Part shown: piece by piece, positions 1-14,820 of the stretch
Position numbering within the stretch: the stretch's first letter is position 1
How the letters are laid out: each line of letters opens with the position of its first letter
NCBI GenBank assembly: GCA_963693365.1
Contig: CAVNZM010000010.1
Coordinates: 2,480,001-2,544,000, forward strand
DNA length: 64,000 bases
Origin: Amoebidium appalachense
Taxonomy: Eukaryota; Protista; Ichthyosporea
Direction of reading: 5' to 3'
The notes under the pieces: model-generated
What the model saw: the letters and a program-made list of their open reading frames with translations, nothing else
Told to the model about the DNA's origin: nothing
Database searches by the model: none
Position numbers and translations under genes: made by a program

Positions 1-2940
1 GTAGCCAACGTCAAGGTCAACAATGATCCTCAGCTCTGGCACCACCGTCTCGGCCATCGTGCCCTGTCCACCCTCACCAAGATGGTGAGAGGTGACCTCG
101 TGACAGGCCTCCCCTCATCCCTCTCAGTGGCTGACACCACTGACTGCTTCGGTTGTGTCTCCGGCAAGACCACCAAGGCCCCATTCTCCGGCACCAGAAC
201 CCAGTGCCCCTTCCCCGGTGCCAAGTGGCACATGGACTTCTTCGAGCCTCCCTGTGCCTCCTATGGTGGCTAGAAGGTGGCCCTCGTGTGTACCTGTGAT
301 GCCTCCGGCTACACCATCGTGTACCTCCTCCGTGATCGATCCGAAACTCTCGAATACGTCAAGGCCCTGGTTGAGACTACTGACAAGCAACCCGACAAGG
401 TGGTGACCCACTTCCGTTCAGACTCTGGGTCCGAGTTCACCTCCCACGCTATGGAGCAGTACTGCCAGTCCAAGGGCATCATTCAAGAATTTGCCCCAAT
501 TGACTGCCCCCAACTCAACGGCTTCGTTGAACGTAAGATGAGGGATCTGCAGGAGATCGTTCGGTGCTTCCTTCATCAGGACAAGGCCGACTCCCTTTCC
601 CCCAAACTGTGGGGAGCTGCTCTCAAGCATGCTGCCTACATCATCAACGTGACCCCGGCCAGAGCTGCCAATGGCCGTACACCGTTTGAAATTTTCTACG
701 GTGTCAAGCCTGACATCTCCCACCTGCACGTGTTCGGCTGCCCAGCCTATGTACACGTCCCTGCATCCAAACGAGACAAGTTGGCCTCTACCGTCAAACT
801 CGGCACCTACGTGGGCTGGGATATCACCAACAAAGCCCACAAGATCATGAATCTACGTGGCAACACGGTCAACCTCTACCGCGATGTCGTCTTCGACGAA
901 TCACAATTCACCACGGCATCCAATCAGATTTCTGTGCAGGCCACCAATCAGACGACCTCAATCGATTCATCCCTGCATTCCGGAAATTCCAATTCCGATG
1001 ACGATGAAATTCCGTCGGTGATTATCCGTCGTTCCCCCCGTCGTGTACCTGCCCCCGTGGCTCCACCCACCCCCCCCCCCACCGGTCAGCAACCCCTGCT
1101 GCCGGCCCCTGCCGTCAATGACCACGTACCTGGTCATCTCACCCCGGTTCGTCCTGGGTCTCCGGAGTTCCACTCGGCCCCGTCCAGCCCCGTGTTATCC
1201 GACTCCCCCCTCAACACGGCACCCATCCCTGGCTTCCAGGCCCCCATCCCCGACCACCGAGTGTCTGTCACAGACAACCCCCCGGCCCCTGAGCCCCTCC
1301 GTACCGTTCCCCGTCGTTCCTCCCGTCTCTCCTCCCGGCCTGCTATGGCTATGGTGAGCATCTCCCGACCCAGCCTTGATGTGTCTCAGCTGCCCCGGTC
1401 AATTCAGAAGCTGTGCTCTGGCACCAAGGGTGATGAAGTGGTGACTGCCCTCACTGCCGAGTACAAGGCTTTCATCGACAAGGACATCTTCGACGTAGTT
1501 GAGCCCCCCTCCGATGCCAACATCATCCGATTCAAGTGGATTGTCACGGAGAAGGTCCTCAACTCTGCTGGTGACACCAAGATCAAGGGTCGTGGTGTGG
1601 CCAAGGGTTTCACCCAAGTCTACGGTGTTGACTACGGTGAAAACTCTTCCCCCGTCGTCATGTCCTCCTCCGTCCGTGCCCTGCTTGCCCTCGGTGTGCA
1701 ACAGGACCACGAGATCCATCAACTCGACATCAGCACGGCCTTCCTCAACAGCCCCCTCGACGAGACTTTGTACATGGAGCAACCTCCTGGTTTTATCCTC
1801 CCTGGCAATGAACACAAAGTCTGGAAACTCAAGAAGGCCGTCTACGGACTCAAGCAGGCATCCCTGGCATGGTACGAGTTCTTCAACTCCATTCTCATTG
1901 CCCACGGCCTCACCCGTCTCCGTTCCGATCCGTGTGTCTACTTCCGTCAGTTCCCCAACGGGCACATCATCCGTTCGGGCAACTACGTTGATGATGCCAT
2001 CATCACCTGCACACGGAACTCCACCATCATGCAGGGGCTTGTTCGTCACATCACGAAGTCTGCCGAGTGCAAGGTCGGTCTGCCAGACATCTTCCTCGGC
2101 ACCCAACTGCTGTACACCCGTGACTCCCTCAAGCTGCTGCAGTCCTCCTACATCAAGGACATCATCACCGACTTCAACCTGGTCGATGCCAAGCCTAAGG
2201 CCACCCCTATTCCCGTGGGCACCATCATCAACGAGACCTCCCACTCATCCCTGCCCACCACCGTCCCCTACCGTGAACTCCTCGGCCGTCTGCTGTGGGT
2301 TGCTCGGTGCTCCCGGCCTGACATCTCGTATGCCATTGGCTACCTCGGCCGATTCAGCTCCAAGCCCACCAAGACTGCCTGGGAGCTTCTCCTCCGTGTC
2401 GTTCGTTACCTGCTCGGCACCATCAACCTCGGCCTCTACTACAAGAAGAAGGCCCCCAACAGCAAGGTGCCCATCCTTGAGTGCTACTCGGATTCTGACT
2501 TTGCTGGTTGCCCCACCACCCGTCGTTCCACGTCTGGGTACGTCATCCTCCTCGAAGGCTCCCCCGTCACCTACCACTCCAAGCTGCAGACGATCACTGC
2601 AACCTCCACGTGTGAGGCCGAGCTCCTGGCCCTCAATGCTGCCGTGCAAGATGTTGTCTGGCACCGTGATCTACTAAAGGAGCTGGGCTACCCCATGACC
2701 GAGCCCACCCCCGTGTACTGTGACAATCAGTCCACCATTGCTCTGGTCCACTCCAACACCATCAAGCACCGGACCAAGCACATTGCCGTTCGTTACTTCA
2801 ACACAAAGGACTACATCAACAGTGGGGACGTCACTGTCACCTACATCGACACCAAGAAGAACCTGGCCGACATCTTCACCAAGCCTCTGGCTGGTACGGC
2901 CCACGACACACACCGTGCCAACCTCAGTCTCCGTGACTGA
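1..2940 (+). pseudogene. pol: Copia pol (GAG-pre-integrase, integrase, RT, RNase H) with one in-frame TAG at 271-273
   Basis: Frame 1 from base 1: LWHHRLGH...CFGCVSGK, integrase RSDSGSEF and PQLNGFVERKMR, RT QLDISTAFLN / KKAVYGLKQA / YVDD, RNase H YSDSDFAG / EAE / DNQS / KHIAVRY / LADIFTK. TAG replaces the Ser of GGSKVA seen in copia-2. Confidence 0.93.
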
Positions 2941-3658
2941 CCCGTGCACTGGTGTTCATCATCGAGTGGTTTCTGAGTAGGTTGGGGCCCTGGACAGCAG
3001 TTGACACACCTACGGTGATCAAGATGCCTCCCAACGAAAGTCTACTACTCCTCATCGTTTCTCTTCATCAGTGGGGACTCAGTCTTCCATCGTCATATGT
3101 GTGCATCTTCAGTGGGGATTATTCTCCACCATCCGTCGTTTATTTATATTCATATCCCACCATATATATTGGTTTTCTTCTATATTCGACTTATATATAT
3201 GTCGAACTGGGATGGCGTCCCAGTATAAATAATTATCTATAGCCATGACGTGCTGGTTGACTGCCAGTCTAAACCTAGTCCACGGGATGCACCTTCCCCG
3301 TGTCTTAACTGGTTGACCACCAGTCTATAAATCAGTCCACAAGATGTTCATGTCTTGCGTTTACCTGGGTGGTCCCCAGTATAAACCATTAGCCACCAAC
3401 ACGTCACACATACACTAGTGTTTCCTATCTATATATATATATCGCCGATAACCACCATGATTTCTTATTTCGAGTCTTCAGAGGCAACCGTCGTTGTGTG
3501 CCTCTTCAGTTTTGATTCTCTCCTTCCCACCTCAAGGATCTTCGGTTTGCATCCTCGAGTGGGGAAACTTGAGTGTGACGGCCCCTCCTGTGTTTGGACC
3601 CCATCTACCGTCACATCAACAGACACGAGAACACAAACTTCAACCCCTTGAGTGGGGA

Positions 3659-3807
3659 TGTTGGAATACGTCACCATGTATGACAGCAAGAGCCTTGAAG
3701 TATGTATGTGTCCTAGCTTGTTTGTATTCGTGTCTGCTTTCCTCCTTTGTGCTCTCTCTCTCTCCCTCTCTCTCTCTCTCTCCCTCTCTCCTCTCTCTCC
3801 CTCTCTC

Positions 3808-3841
<34 letters not shown>

Positions 3842-4594
3842 CCCCCCCCCCCCCCCCCCCCCCGTATCTCTCTCTCCCTTGTTTCTGTGGGCACAGATAT
3901 CTGTAGATCTGTGCACACCTGGCTCTCTTGCCTGATAAGAACTTATTGTGTTTTATTTCTATTTGCTCTCCTCTGTTTATCTGAGAGGTAGCGTGATTGG
4001 CTAGCCTCACTCGTTGTCTTTCCTTTATTTCAAAATGGCCTAGTTTGTTCTCAAAAGGATGGCTCGCCAATAGTCGCGAGCGAGTACATCTGTAGATTGT
4101 GTTGTGCATTCCTGTCTGTTAATATATGTGTGTGTTGTGATTGGACAATAGATATATATGGAATTCGGTTTATTGCAAAGTGTCTTCACTTTGAGAGTGT
4201 CGACTGTTAGGAAATATATGTATTTAAATAAGTTTCTTTATAGAGACGAACATAAATATATATGTGAGTTAATAGTGACTAGATGTATAATTACTTAATT
4301 TATTTAAGTAAGAGTTTCTACACTTTAGTTTAATCGGAAGTTGGAATGCGTATGCTCTGTCGGAATGTGTTTTTCTATCTTCTGATAGAACCGATTGGTT
4401 CTCCCTCTTTAGTTGTGATAAGGTGATAAGTTGCAAGTACAAAAGGAACCGAGAGCACAATAAAGATTCAGTTGTTGTTTGAAATCTTTCAATGTCTCGT
4501 GAACAACTCCGATTGCCCTCTCATTAATGTGTTAGTCGTGTTTTTACATGACACCTCTGTGCACTCTGCTCCCTTAGACCCGTACAAAACAACA
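3659..4594 (+). repeat. 3' LTR of copia-1 (~936 bp, contains (CT)n and a poly-C tract)
   Basis: Starts TGTTGGAATACGT right after the PPT and ends CAACA; both ends resemble the copia-2 LTR (TGTTGTAATACGT ... CACCACTGTGTCTCTGCT...TACA). Confidence 0.75.
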
Positions 4595-4636
4595 GTGTGT
4601 GTGTGTGGTGGTGGTAGTGGTGGTGGTGGTGGTGGT

Positions 4637-4668
<32 letters not shown>

Positions 4669-5044
4669 GGCCCCATGCAACCCCACGGTGGTGCACGAAT
4701 TGAGCAAGCTGAGCATCTGGCAGCTAGTACTCTTAATAAAATAAGCTATCCCCATAGTAAAAAAGGAACAGAAGAATTTCCATTGTGTCTCAGTATCTTA
4801 TTGTTAAAACACAAAACGGACACTTTTATCTAAGCGACAGCGGCGTGAGTGTGTGCCACCAGCAAACTCTTATTTCGTAAATACAATATAGGAAATTAGC
4901 CAATCAGAGCATTTCGCATCATTTATTGGCTATCAGCTAGCCAATGGTACAGCGTAAGCCGCGGCGGGCACATTTTTACTACAGTACGCATGCCGGCGCA
5001 TGCACGTGAACAATTCAATGTTAAAAAGAAGGTCGGTGTCATAC

Positions 5045-5654
5045 TGTGGTATATTATACCGGATATCTAGTATGGATGTACACAGGTTGAGATATACGCG
5101 CACGTGTACATGTATATATACCACTGTGTTTGATCTTAGGTAGGCCAGTATGCATGTCCCCCCCAGTCTTGTGCGCATGAGCATGGAGTTAAACATATGT
5201 GCACGTGCAACTTGCAGGATTATTCATGGGAAAACAGATATAATAGTCACATGGGACCGACACGTAGTAGAGGAACCATGAGCGTTAAGTTATAGTTTTA
5301 TCATGGGAAAATATGCAAGTAGCCGTGAGGTATGACTGTGGAATGCATCGATAATCAAGTACTGTCACCCGATTGGCTCACTAGGTTTATTGGAACCGTG
5401 ATAGCCATGGGACAGAACCGTGAACCGTATGTGATTGGCTCTCGTAGCCAAAAAGCACATACCGATGCGCATGTCTGAGCCGCTGTGCGAGCTCCGATAT
5501 AAGGGCATGTCGGGGGCTTCAGAGCTCACTGAGTGTGCTCGGCTTACTAGGTGTAAGTAGGACTAGCACGTAACTAAGCAAAGCGTGGTCTAGTCAACCC
5601 CGTTCGTTTATAAACATATTGTTTGTCACAGACACACGATCATATTATACAACA
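5045..5654 (+). repeat. 5' LTR of gypsy-1 (610 bp)
   Basis: TGTGGTA...TACAACA; differs from the 3' LTR by a 3-nt indel and one substitution that I could see. Confidence 0.95.
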
Positions 5655-8600
5655 GCTGAGCTACACCCCCTACACAATGTGTCCTGTTACCGTCAAGCAC
5701 GACACCACCGTCAAATCTGGCTTTGGATGTGTATTACGTGCAACGGTGCAGGTGACTGCTGCTGCTGCTGCTGCTGGCACCCTCGGTATCTTCGAGCCTA
5801 CTCGTGAATTTCGAGATAAGTTCCCCCCCACCATCTGTGAAATTAGTGTGGATAAATCTATTGCTGTTGTGTGCGAAAATGGTGTGGGTCCGGATTTGAG
5901 CGTGTTCGGTACCATCGGTCATTTCGTTCCTACGAGCCGACATGAGTACATACACGAACTGAGTGTTTTGCAAGCCGAACCCCACCCCAGTCGTACACAA
6001 ACCGTCGTTGGTGCAATAGCGCAGTGCATCAGGTGGGCAACGGGGGGTGGAGAAGGTTGCCTACCCAATTCACCTCCGGCCGTGCCACCGGGCCGGGTGC
6101 CTACCGATAACATGTGTGGGCACAAAGGGCATGTGAGTGGGACACGAGGCGGTCCGATACACTCACCGATCGACCAATCAATGTGTGCCGTTGATCATGA
6201 AAACCCCCCCCCCCCCCCGCGAAAAATTTCGGAAATTTCGGGTGGGGGTGCACACGATGCCGGCCAGGCTCCCCACGGTTTTGATTGGAATAGGGTGCCT
6301 CAGAGTATGCTTCCGGAGGTCAAGAAACTATTAGAAGCACACTCTCGTTGCTTCATCACTACGGACCCCGACGAATTTCCTCAGATTAAAGGATTCACCA
6401 TGCACATAGACACGGGAGATAACCCACCGATTCGATTAAAACAGTGGAGGTTGGAACAAGTGAAAGAGCAGGCTGCAAAGGAGATCGTGGAGGATATGTG
6501 TCGTAGAGGGCAGATGGAACAAGCACACAGTCAGTATAATTCACCCACCTTCGTAATACGAAAACCAAACGGAAAATACCGTCTGCTGACTGATTTTCGT
6601 GCTCTTAACAAGCAAATTCGAAAATCTGCCTGGCCCATGCCCAACTTGCAACAACAAATAGAGAAGTTGGCTGGGTATAAGTATTTCTGTAAAGCTGATA
6701 TGTCGGGTGCCTTTTACCAAATACTGCTAGACGCTGAGTCACGTGAAAAAACAGGATTTTCTGTGGCTGGTGTGTAGTATCGTTATTGTGTGGCACCACA
6801 GGGGCTCAGTACTTCCCCGTCCCAGCTAGCATCTATCATGACACAGATTTTGGCCCCTCTGGCCGATGACGTGGTGATATATGCCGATGATTTAGCTGTG
6901 GGTGCCCACACCGAAAAAGAATTAATACAGAAGCTTGACCGACTTTTCACCCGTCTCGGTGAATATGGTGTTAAGCTCGATGGGGCAAAGACATACATTG
7001 GGCTAACGGAAATACCGTTTTTGGGTTGGATTGTAGGTGTGAATGGCATTCGGCCCGACCCGAAAAAGGTTCAGGCAGTGAAGGATTGGCCGGTACCAAA
7101 CACACTACACCAACTCCGGGGTTTTCTGGGTATTACTTCCTATCTCCGCCGTCACATTTTAAATTATGCAGAGCGAGCCCGACCCATGAATGCCGAGTGT
7201 TACGGAGAAAAACACCGACGGTTAAAATGGACGGACAAATTAGATCGCTCGTTTAAAGATTTAAAATCGGCGTTATCGGAGGAAGTGCTTGCCCTGCCCG
7301 ATCTTTCCCCCACGGGGGGTCAGTTTCTTATTCGTTGTGATGCTAGTCGGTTCTCGGAAGGGGCTTGCCTGTATCAAAAACAAAAAGATGGCAAGTTCCG
7401 CACGGTGGCATATGCCTCCCGGATGTTTCAACCTACCGAACGTAGGTGGAGCAACATCGAACGAGAAACGCATGCAATCTATTGGGCACTGAAAGAGTTT
7501 AGGGTGTACGTGTATGGTCGAGTGAATACTATTGTGGAAAGTGACCATAAGCCCTGTCTTTCTCTTAAAGGTGTCAAACGGATAGCAAACGAACGGATGC
7601 AACGGTGGGCTTTGGAAATGCAGGAGTATGATTTCGATCTATACTACCGTCCTGGCCCTACCATGCACGATGCTGATGGGTTAAGCCGTATAGGATATAT
7701 TCTGCATGAGAACGAAAACATACCACTGGAAAAGTGGGATGTGAAAAAGGAATTACAAGAGGTTCTCACAGCAGATTTATCCGAGCTTAGCTCGAAACCA
7801 GCCGAAGTGTTTGTTGATTGGGGTGATGCACTCGAATTCACACACATTTTCGATCCAGACCGCTTGAAATGTGCACAAATTTCTGCACTCAGTCAAGCCG
7901 GCCTGCCCTCCCTTTCTGCACTCGGTGGTGCCGGCTATCAGAAGGAAGCAATTATGATGGCACAGGGGGGGACAAAATGTGTAAGGATATAATCACGTGG
8001 CTCCGGTGGCTTGCCTCCCTCGATGCCGAGGCCAAACGGGAATGGCAGGCAGGGGGGGAACGAGCTGCACACGGTCTTAATCTTGAGTATTTCGGATACA
8101 AAAAGGTTAAGAAAATAGCACAAATGTGTGTGATAGAGGATGACGTGCTTTATCATGTGGCTAAGGATGGTCGTCGTTGCCTGTATGTGCCCGAAATCCT
8201 TCGTGCTGATTTATTAAGAAGTGTGCACGACGGGGGGGCTCATACTGGCATTGAACGAACCTACGAAAGATTATACAATTATTATTGGCCACGCATGCAC
8301 AAAGATATCACTGCTTATGTGAATGCCTGCACACAGTGCCAAGGCCGTAACGATAACCCACATTTGAGAAGTAGGCCATTTGAACAGAGATACGAAAATT
8401 TAAAAATGTTCTCTCGTGTTTCTGTTGACCTTATGGGTCCGTTCACAGAAACGAAAAATGGTAACACTTTCATTTGTGTGTTTATGGATATGGCAACGAA
8501 GTATTTAATCACTGTGCCCATCCAATCTAAGCATGCCGTTAATGTTGCACATGCACTCATGAATGTAATTTGCTATATACACGGCCCCCCTCGTACACTC

Positions 8601-9533
8601 TTGAGTGATCAAGGATCAGAATTTCTCAATGAGCTAATTGTTGAGATTTGCCGTATAGCAAATATTGCACAAGTGAGCACCTCTGCATATCACCCACAAA
8701 GCAACGGTTCCAATGAACGGTCTCATAGATTTATTAATAATGCACTCTCAAAGTACGTTAATTATGAGCACACTAATTGGGACACTCTGTTGCCGGTGGT
8801 TACTGCATACAACACAACAACACACAAAATTTTGCAATGTACACCGTATTATCTTGTGTACGGGCAAGAAGCAACACAATTCCCTGACGTTGCCCTTCTT
8901 AGCAGTAATCACCCGGCACTCAAGGACCCAGAGTGGAAGGCATACCGGCGAGAGTTACTAGCCCGTCTACCTCTGCTCCGTGCTGTGGTCCAGCAACGTG
9001 CCGTACGAGAGCCCCCAGGCCCCTCGGTGGCTCGTGAATTTAAGAAGGGTGCACGGATTCGTGTTCGGAATCAAGCCAAAAATATCGGTGCCTGGGATGT
9101 ACGGTGGATTACGGGTTACGAAATCGTCAAAAGGGTCGGCCCGGTCACGTATGAAATCCGAAGCTTAGCAACTATGAAGAAATCTAAGTGGCACGTGGAC
9201 GATATTCAGCTTGAATTGAGTGAGCAAAATAGAATTCGGCCTCAAGATCTCTCTCACCTCCCGGACACGGGCGATAGTCACAACTTCAACAAGGTTCTGC
9301 CGGACGAGTGGGTGGTGGAAAAGGTGCTTGACGTAAGAATTCAGAAACGGCGCAAGCAATCCACCCCTTACAAGTGGTACCAGATCAAGTGGGCAGGCAA
9401 AGATGATTCATTCACCTCTTGGGAGTGTGAGAAAGACTTAGCCTGCCCGGACAAGATCCGAGAGTTCCACCAACGCAGAGGTGACCTTGCATCGTTCCAC
9501 GGATACATTGACTCATTGTGTGGAGCATGGTGA
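5655..9533 (+). pseudogene. pol: Gypsy pol (RT, RNase H, integrase, chromodomain) with TAG at 6775-6777 and a frameshift in the G7 run at 7965-7971
   Basis: RT KPNGKYRLLTDFRALN, APQGL, YADD; RH CDAS, ERE, SDHKP, DADGLSR; INT H-H-C-C, VDLMGP, SDQGSEF, YHPQSNGSNER; chromodomain EWVVEKVL...YQIKWAG...SWE. Confidence 0.93.
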
Positions 9534-9573
9534 CGTATGTCGAGGACGACATACTTCTTTTTACGGTGGGGCG

Positions 9574-10186
9574 TGTGGTATATTATACCGGATATCTAGT
9601 ATGGATGTACACAGGTTGAGATACTATACGCACACGTGTACATGTATATATACCACTGTGTTTGATCTTAGGTAGGCCAGTATGCATGTCCCCCCCAGTC
9701 TTGTGCGCATGAGCATGGAGTTAAACATATGTGCACGTGCAACTTGCAGGATTATTCATGGGAAAACAGATATAATAGTCACATGGGACCGACACGTAGT
9801 AGAGGAACCATGAGCGTTAAGTTATAGTTTTATCATGGGAAAATATGCAAGTAGCCGTGAGGTATGACTGTGGAATGCATCGATAATCAAGTACTGTCAC
9901 CCGATTGGCTCACTAGGTTTATTGGAACCGTGATAGCCATGGGACAGAACCGTGAACCGTATGTGATTGGCTCTCGTAGCCAAAAAGCACATACCGATGC
10001 GCATGTCTGAGCCGCTGTGCGAGCTCCGATATAAGGGCATGTCGGGGGCTTCAGAGCTCACTGAGTGTGCTCGGCTTACTAGGTGTAAGTAGGACTAGCA
10101 CGTAACTAAGCAAAGCGTGGTCTAGTCAACCCCGTTCGTTTATAAACATATTGTTTGTCACAGACACACGATCATATTATACAACA
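9574..10186 (+). repeat. 3' LTR of gypsy-1 (613 bp)
   Basis: Direct repeat of 5045-5654, preceded by G-rich GGTGGGGCG tract. Confidence 0.95.
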
Positions 10187-11030
10187 CATACACGTCATTT
10201 TGTGTACATGCTCAGTTAATATTGGCACATGAATTAAGGCTGCACAGGTAAGACAGAGAACGAGGAACCCTATACGGTGCATGATAACAAGCTCAGACTG
10301 TATATATATGCCATAATAATCATGAAACAATACTGGACTCCGATATATGCATTAATACTCAATCAAATGTACATGTACAAACTCGGTGACATGCAGGCAC
10401 AACGAGTACTGCACAAGGACAAATTTTAACACTCACTATGTGTTCAGATATGGGGAATGCCAGGGACGAACGTTGGTGACGTAAAACGAGGTCTTTAGCA
10501 AGGCTAGCCACCGCAATAACTGGCAGTATCCCTTCAATAACATATATTCTAACCTATTGTTAAACAGAGCAAGACTCACTGTCGGTGACTCGTTTTTGCC
10601 GTTCGCTGTAATACTGACTACAGCTTGCATGGAATACATACCGAAGGATGATCAATGGGTGCGAATAGGGCCAATCAGATCGGGAACCATGTATCGACAT
10701 TTTATGTGAGTCGTGTGACCAGTCGCGCCTGACAGCGTTTGGAAGGCACCAACCTTATTTAGGCCCTAAATACGCATACCACGATAAATTTTGTGAATAC
10801 GGTAGATCGTATTTAGGGCCTAAATACGAATACGATTATTGGGGTGCTGCCAAACAGGCCCTAAGCCTTCAACGTTTGCAAGTGGGTTTGGATGCGAGTG
10901 TAAGGTGGGCAGACATTGCTCACATACCCGGCGTTGTGTGAATATCTTGGTGTACGGGATATTGTTTGCATGTGTTATGATCACGGCCGGACACAATGTG
11001 TCATGCAACATGTGTCTGTATCATTTTTTC

Positions 11031-12453
<1,423 letters not shown>

Positions 12454-13514
12454 TTATATACGCGACATCTCTCAACACCCCATAAAGAGTCCCTCAGGCG
12501 GGCGGGCGGGGCGGGCGGGGGGTACGGGGAGGGGAGGGGGGGGGGGGGGGAGGGGGGGGGGATGCATGGGGGTCTACAATAGTTAGATAACGAACCCTAC
12601 CGGTCAGAAGTGATTGTGATTCATTCATAGAGGAAACCACCGAGAAGGCCGTGGAGAGACAGGCCGGATAGGAAGTTCATGAATTGGAGTTTTCAGCAGA
12701 TGCATGCGAGAGGGGAAACATGCATGCATATTCAATATGTGCCCATGAAGATCTGATTCAGCAACCCATACATGTACAGTGGGAGTTTATTAGGGCCCTT
12801 AGGGCAGGTGTTGCGGAGTTGGAAGGAATAGGTGAAGCCGTGGGTTTTGGGGGAAGGTTGGGGGGGTGGGGGTGGGGGTGCGGCCGGGATGTGTGGGAGG
12901 GGGGGAGGGGGGAGGGGGGGAGGGGGGGCTTAGGGGACCCTCCGGAGGGGAGTGGGTGGTGGGGGCCGGGGAAGCCTCGGGGGGGGGGGGGGGGGGGGGG
13001 GGGGTGGGGGGGGGGAGGGGGGGGGGGGGTGAACTGTGCTGTAAACTTGTGCCATGCCCGCGGTGCACGGTCCTCCGTGCAGCGGCAAAAGGGAGTTGTA
13101 AATCATCGGAGGGTACATATGCTTAGTTATGTGCACGTGTGCGTAATCACGGTACCGGTACGTGTATGTGCCATTTAAAGTGTTCACATCCATGGTGAGC
13201 GTCATCGGTCGTGCTGAGCTCAGCCAAACAGCAGGCCGAAGTCTCGAGCTCATATGAACGATCAGTTCACCCCCAGCCATGGTGTACGTAGCGTTCCCGG
13301 ATCATATCGATATCCGAAGAGGAAGAGGGGTGCCACGTGCACGGAAGTTTGGGTTGGTGAGTGGGGGGGGGGCTTCAGGAGAGGGGGGGGTGGGGGGGAG
13401 GGGGGGTTAGGGGGGGGGGGGGGGGGGGGGGGGGGGCTGGGGGGGGGGGGGGGGGGGGGTGGGGGGGGGGTTGGTGTACAGCTAGGGGTCGCCGGGCCCG
13501 GCACAGGGAGGGGG

Positions 13515-13550
<36 letters not shown>

Positions 13551-14566
13551 GCCTGGAGGGGTGGGGTGGGGTGTTGTACTCATGAGGAAGCAGGGGGGGG
13601 GGGGGGGGGGAGGGGAGGGGGTTGCTGCCTATACAAGTTGTAGCTACCCTGGCACTACCGGCTGTCACCCCGCCTCCAGGTAGTATTTAGAGCTAAGGAG
13701 TTTCCCCGCGGCATTTCGCACCCAGCGCGGGTGTTAGGTTTCTAGTCTATGTAAGCCCAGTCATTTGCTACATATCATTAGCAAATCTTGCCGCTTACGG
13801 AAATCTCGAAACTTGAGCTGGAGCCTGGAGCTATGCACAGCTGATACAACTTAACTTAGCTGCTGGACAGTCACTGGTAGGTTTCTTTCGCCCTTCACGC
13901 ATTTGCCCTGCGTGTACATATATAATCTTATAATGACTGTTTCTGTTGTTGTTGTTGCTTTTGTTGGTTGCCGAGCCCTAAGCCCGCGCGGCCAGCATCC
14001 TATCTTTTCATGATCAGGTATGTAATGCCATTCTGGGTATAAATTTTTGGCGGCATGGCAATTGGTCCATTTTGGACCAGGCTAGATCTAGGACCTGGAT
14101 GCTATAATTTTGACCACATGTACAGCACTGTATTTTAGGACCTGGTGGCGCTGCACATGCTGTGCGCTGCACATGCTGTGCACATATATTATTATGTGAT
14201 AGATGATTAATTTTTTTACTTTTGTGTTTTTTACACACCCATTTTGCCATACTGCGCTGTACTGACACGTATTTGCAAAATCAGGCGTGAATCTGCGTGA
14301 ATCGCGACTCTGCGAGTCTGATCGCGAGTCCTTGATCGGATATCTGCTGTAGTACATAGACCCAGCGAGTGACTCGTGATGGCATGAAAAAAGTGTACAG
14401 CCTCAGGGTTCCTGTACCAAAGTTGTGGTTTGAACCTAGACATGCTCTAAGCGTTTCATGACGCCTTCCGTGTATATAAACTTCATAATTCCCGCTCCAA
14501 TGCATCGCAGCGATATATATACTGCTGAGAGAGCTGAGTCTAGACTGTCAGAGTCTGCCCCATCTT

Positions 14567-14772
14567 ATGGCAACAACGTACTGCAAGATGACTTCGACAT
14601 TCAGTGCACTGAGGCATGTTCTTGCCGTCATTCAAGTTGGACTGGCCCTTTACCCATGTGTAGTGCGCACAGCTGACGTCTGCAAAGGTACTTATGATTT
14701 GAAACTGCCCGTGGTGTTCCGTTATTATGTGCGTGCACCGGCCACGGATGCAAATGCGTGGACCGCGGCCAT
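14567..14772 (+). CDS. Candidate first exon (signal-peptide-like) of the C2-TSP1 gene
   Basis: [41 protein letters not shown]...; TATATAAA at ~14473; GTACGT donor-like site follows. Phase does not join directly to the 16539 exon, so intervening exon(s) are unresolved. Confidence 0.45.
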
Positions 14773-14784
14773 GTACGTGCCACA

Positions 14785-14820
<36 letters not shown>

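Larger units (their letters stand above)
1..4594 (+). mobile_element. Ty1/copia LTR retrotransposon (copia-1), 5' part outside the window
   Basis: INT-RT-RNaseH domain order, ~720 bp 3' UTR, polypurine tract GAGTGGGGA (3650-3658) and a TGTTG...CAACA LTR. Confidence 0.92.
5045..10186 (+). mobile_element. Chromodomain-bearing Ty3/gypsy LTR retrotransposon (gypsy-1) lacking gag/protease
   Basis: Near-identical TG...CA LTRs, 5-bp TSD CATAC (5040-5044 and 10187-10191), RT-RH-INT-chromodomain order. Confidence 0.95.
4872..10861 (-). mobile_element. Non-autonomous PIF/Harbinger copy 1 (one TIR only), split by the gypsy-1 insertion
   Basis: TIR CCAAACAGGCCC ending at 10861 followed by TAA; segments ~4872-5044, 10187-10280 and ~10505-10861 are reverse-complement matches to the element at 27104-29288; no second TIR found. 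Confidence 0.85.

Noticed and set aside
271-273. Programmed stop-codon readthrough in copia-1 (and at 6775-6777 in gypsy-1)
   Set aside because: Both TAGs fall inside conserved enzyme domains rather than at a gag-pol boundary; copia-2 has Ser at the equivalent site, so these look like point mutations
1399-2677. Long antisense and alternate-frame ORFs (281 aa, 392 aa) over copia pol
   Set aside because: Shadow ORFs caused by C-rich third codon positions
7965-7971. Programmed frameshift between RH and integrase
   Set aside because: One-base loss in a G run; more likely slippage or homopolymer sequencing error
12590-13740. Short unique stretches between G runs as exons
   Set aside because: No consistent in-phase splice model or recognisable motif found
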